A model generated the notes under the pieces. That model saw nothing but the letters and a program-made list of their open reading frames with translations. It was not told the origin of the DNA and did no database searches. Position numbers and translations under genes: made by a program. A DNA stretch of 64,000 nt from Amphiscolops sp. MND2022 (lineage: Eukaryota), in contig OZ076409.1 of assembly GCA_964187785.1 (NCBI GenBank), positions 50,282,001-50,346,000 on the forward strand, in the 5' to 3' direction. Shown in pieces: positions 62,001-64,000 of the stretch (position 1 is its first letter; the number at the start of each line of letters is the position of its first letter).

Positions 62001-62900
62001 TTGCATTTGCAACTCAGCTAGTTGGTTGTCTCTCTGGTCTGATTTTTTCTTTTTGGGCTTTAGGATATGCATTTCAAGTCAGCTCTTTGTATAATTGAAG
62101 TTCGTGGCGTTCGCTGTTTTGATGGCCACTCGTTAGTCTCTAGCTATCGTTATTGCCGGGGCAACATGGAGCTTGGCGCTTCGTTCAATTGCGGCAGAGG
62201 TTGTATGGTCTCAGATATTGGTTGATCGTTGTTCGCAATTATGGACGCGTGAATGATTTGGGTTGTTTGTGCCCGTATCACATGTTTGCTCTCTGTCCTG
62301 ATTGTTATGGGTTTTGGATCGCATTTCTCCATCAATGAGGGCCATGGTAATCTGAATTTTCAGGAAGAAATTTCTTCCTTCAGCTGTGTCCAGTATTGCG
62401 GAGTGTTTGAGCTGTGAAACTAATCCGATTATTGGGTATTACTGGGAGGTCGTGTTCATATTTATGAAGGTTTCTTCAAAGGGGTAATCACCTATTTTGA
62501 ACCTAATCGGATATTTGGCGAGAGCTTGTTGGAGTTCAGTGTTTGCATATTGGATTCTGAAAGCCGGAGGTGGGGCTTCATGAGTGATGCACTTCATGCC
62601 TTGTTTTGTCTGCATTCCATTCACTGAGGACGTTTATGTACGCACTAACGCGTCAACTTTGAACTCGAGGGGAGTGGAAAGCATTCTTCTTTTCTTTTTG
62701 AGATTTATCGCTGAAATCAAGTGGATGCAGTTTTCATCATTTTCGTTGTTCGCGTCAGTCAGCAGATAGAGAAAACCAATTAAGAACAAGCTGGTTGGGA
62801 GAATTCGACCATCGATAAAACGAAATTCAATTGGGTTTTCACGAAGACTGTTAGCCTTAGAGCCACAAACACACCGACTGTGGTTCAAGGTCATTCACTT
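59100..62900 (-). pseudogene. Heavily decayed Gypsy pol (Gypsy-2-like) on the minus strand
   Basis: Fragments: KKKRRMLSTPLEFKVDALV (PR); STLSDADQHLAGKIVFCKLDSFQAY..LLAFNFAS (RT); MTDASF..KTFAPVAFGSRVFS (RH); HQLLIPKHLVTELL and WTGPCIVVKVLSNDNYVVRR (IN). Confidence 0.85.
60772..61046 (+). repeat. 138-bp tandem duplication (2 copies) within the decayed RNase H region
   Basis: GTGAGAA..CCCGTGATCCGAATGCTACC... at 60772 and 60910; 46 aa duplicated in ORF 60746-61168. Confidence 0.9.
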
Positions 62901-64000
62901 TTTACAACCCCCTTTAAAGCTCAAAAGTGTGGTGTTCAAGGTCATTGAGTAAAATTGTGACCACTGCAATTTACCCAATGGACATCCTCAGAATGTAGCT
63001 TTGTTAAAATGGGTGATTGTATAGTAAATTGTATATAAATTGTATAACATGCTTTTAAGACCACATGACAAATTTTCAAGACCCACAGTATGGTTTGTTT
63101 ACACAACCAGCCAGTTTTGTTCTTACCTTTGAATGTCATATTTTTACCATATCTTTCGACTTTTATTTATTGTATAACTTTAAACCAGATTCGAACCAAG
63201 ACTAGATAGAAATTTTACCGACTGAATAGTTATAGTAAAGTTGGATCTGAGGACCATTTCAATTATCAGTTCATTTCTTCAACTCTTTTTGACGATTTGC
63301 CAAAGACTTAGGGCGACTAAGTTAGTTACTCTCCACATGTGCAGAGTTGGACGCGTTAGGAGACAGGAAGAAGTGCAATTCAGGATCATTGGATCAGACT
63401 AACTCAAGATACAATACTTTTAACAAAAGGAACAGCCGTGTTCGGAAGCGATCCACAGTACCGAGCATCGAATTCTCAATTGGGGTCAATTGGGCGGACA
63501 ACTGGATGATCATCTGACTTCCAGTCAGACTCCAGACAATAGACAGCCAGAAAAACACTATTCGAACAAGTGAACGTGTACATTGAACGACCACTGTTTA
63601 ACCACTGTTGGTTATCTATACAAAGATGTGTGTGGTGCAAAGTGGTCTCAACTGGGCTTTCCTGAGTGTTTAGTGTACTCTGAGGCTTGGACTACTTCTG
63701 CAGACACTGGCAGATTGTATTCGCAGTGGGATTACTGGACGTCTTCGGTATGTAGAGTATTCTGCGGTATTGGGCTACTTCATCAGCTTGTTGGGAATTG
63801 TATTCGCAGTGGAATAATAGAACGCATTGGTTAGTTAGTGTACTCTGGCGTGAGAGGCTACGTGAAAAATTGCTGAACCTATAAGAATCGATTACAAAAA
63901 AATTGACAACCATTTGAGGACTTCTATGAACCAGTGACAATGGAAGAGCAACATGAAAGCAGTTCAATATTTTCAGACAAAAGTGCTGTTAGAAATGCTG

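Noticed and set aside
63300-64000. Possible further antisense-cargo fragment of a Gypsy-2-like element
   Set aside because: Similarity seen by eye was too weak to support a call.

Overview
Eukaryotic, AT-rich nuclear DNA with spliceosomal introns, probably an invertebrate animal (inference). It is almost entirely nested mobile DNA, with no conventional host gene. (1) 1-8470: dispersed repeats and a decayed Tc1/IS630-type transposase. (2) 8471-13701: an intact, apparently very recent Ty3/Gypsy element with identical LTRs and a CGGCC TSD. (3) ~14100-19260: the 3' remnant of a minus-strand Gypsy. (4) 19407-57064: a single Gypsy element bounded by a CACGA TSD and swollen to ~37.7 kb, because both ~2-kb LTRs are split at the same internal (TAA)n microsatellite by different insertions. 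The 3' LTR holds a ~3.3-kb element (D) with an intact 755-aa zinc-finger/tyrosine-recombinase (YR) ORF. The 5' LTR holds a train of three elements: A (non-coding), B (a deletion derivative of D's family) and C (~11.7 kb). C carries a spliced gene fusing a SUV4-20-type SET domain, a zinc finger and a YR, head-to-head with a multi-exon zinc-finger/JmjC (KDM2/KDM7-like) gene. (5) 57065-64000: further decayed Gypsy pieces. The main candidate novelty is a family of microsatellite-targeting, Crypton-like YR DNA elements, one of which carries a putative histone methyl writer fused to its recombinase plus a putative eraser. All alignments were made by eye and no database search was run, so novelty and activity are untested.
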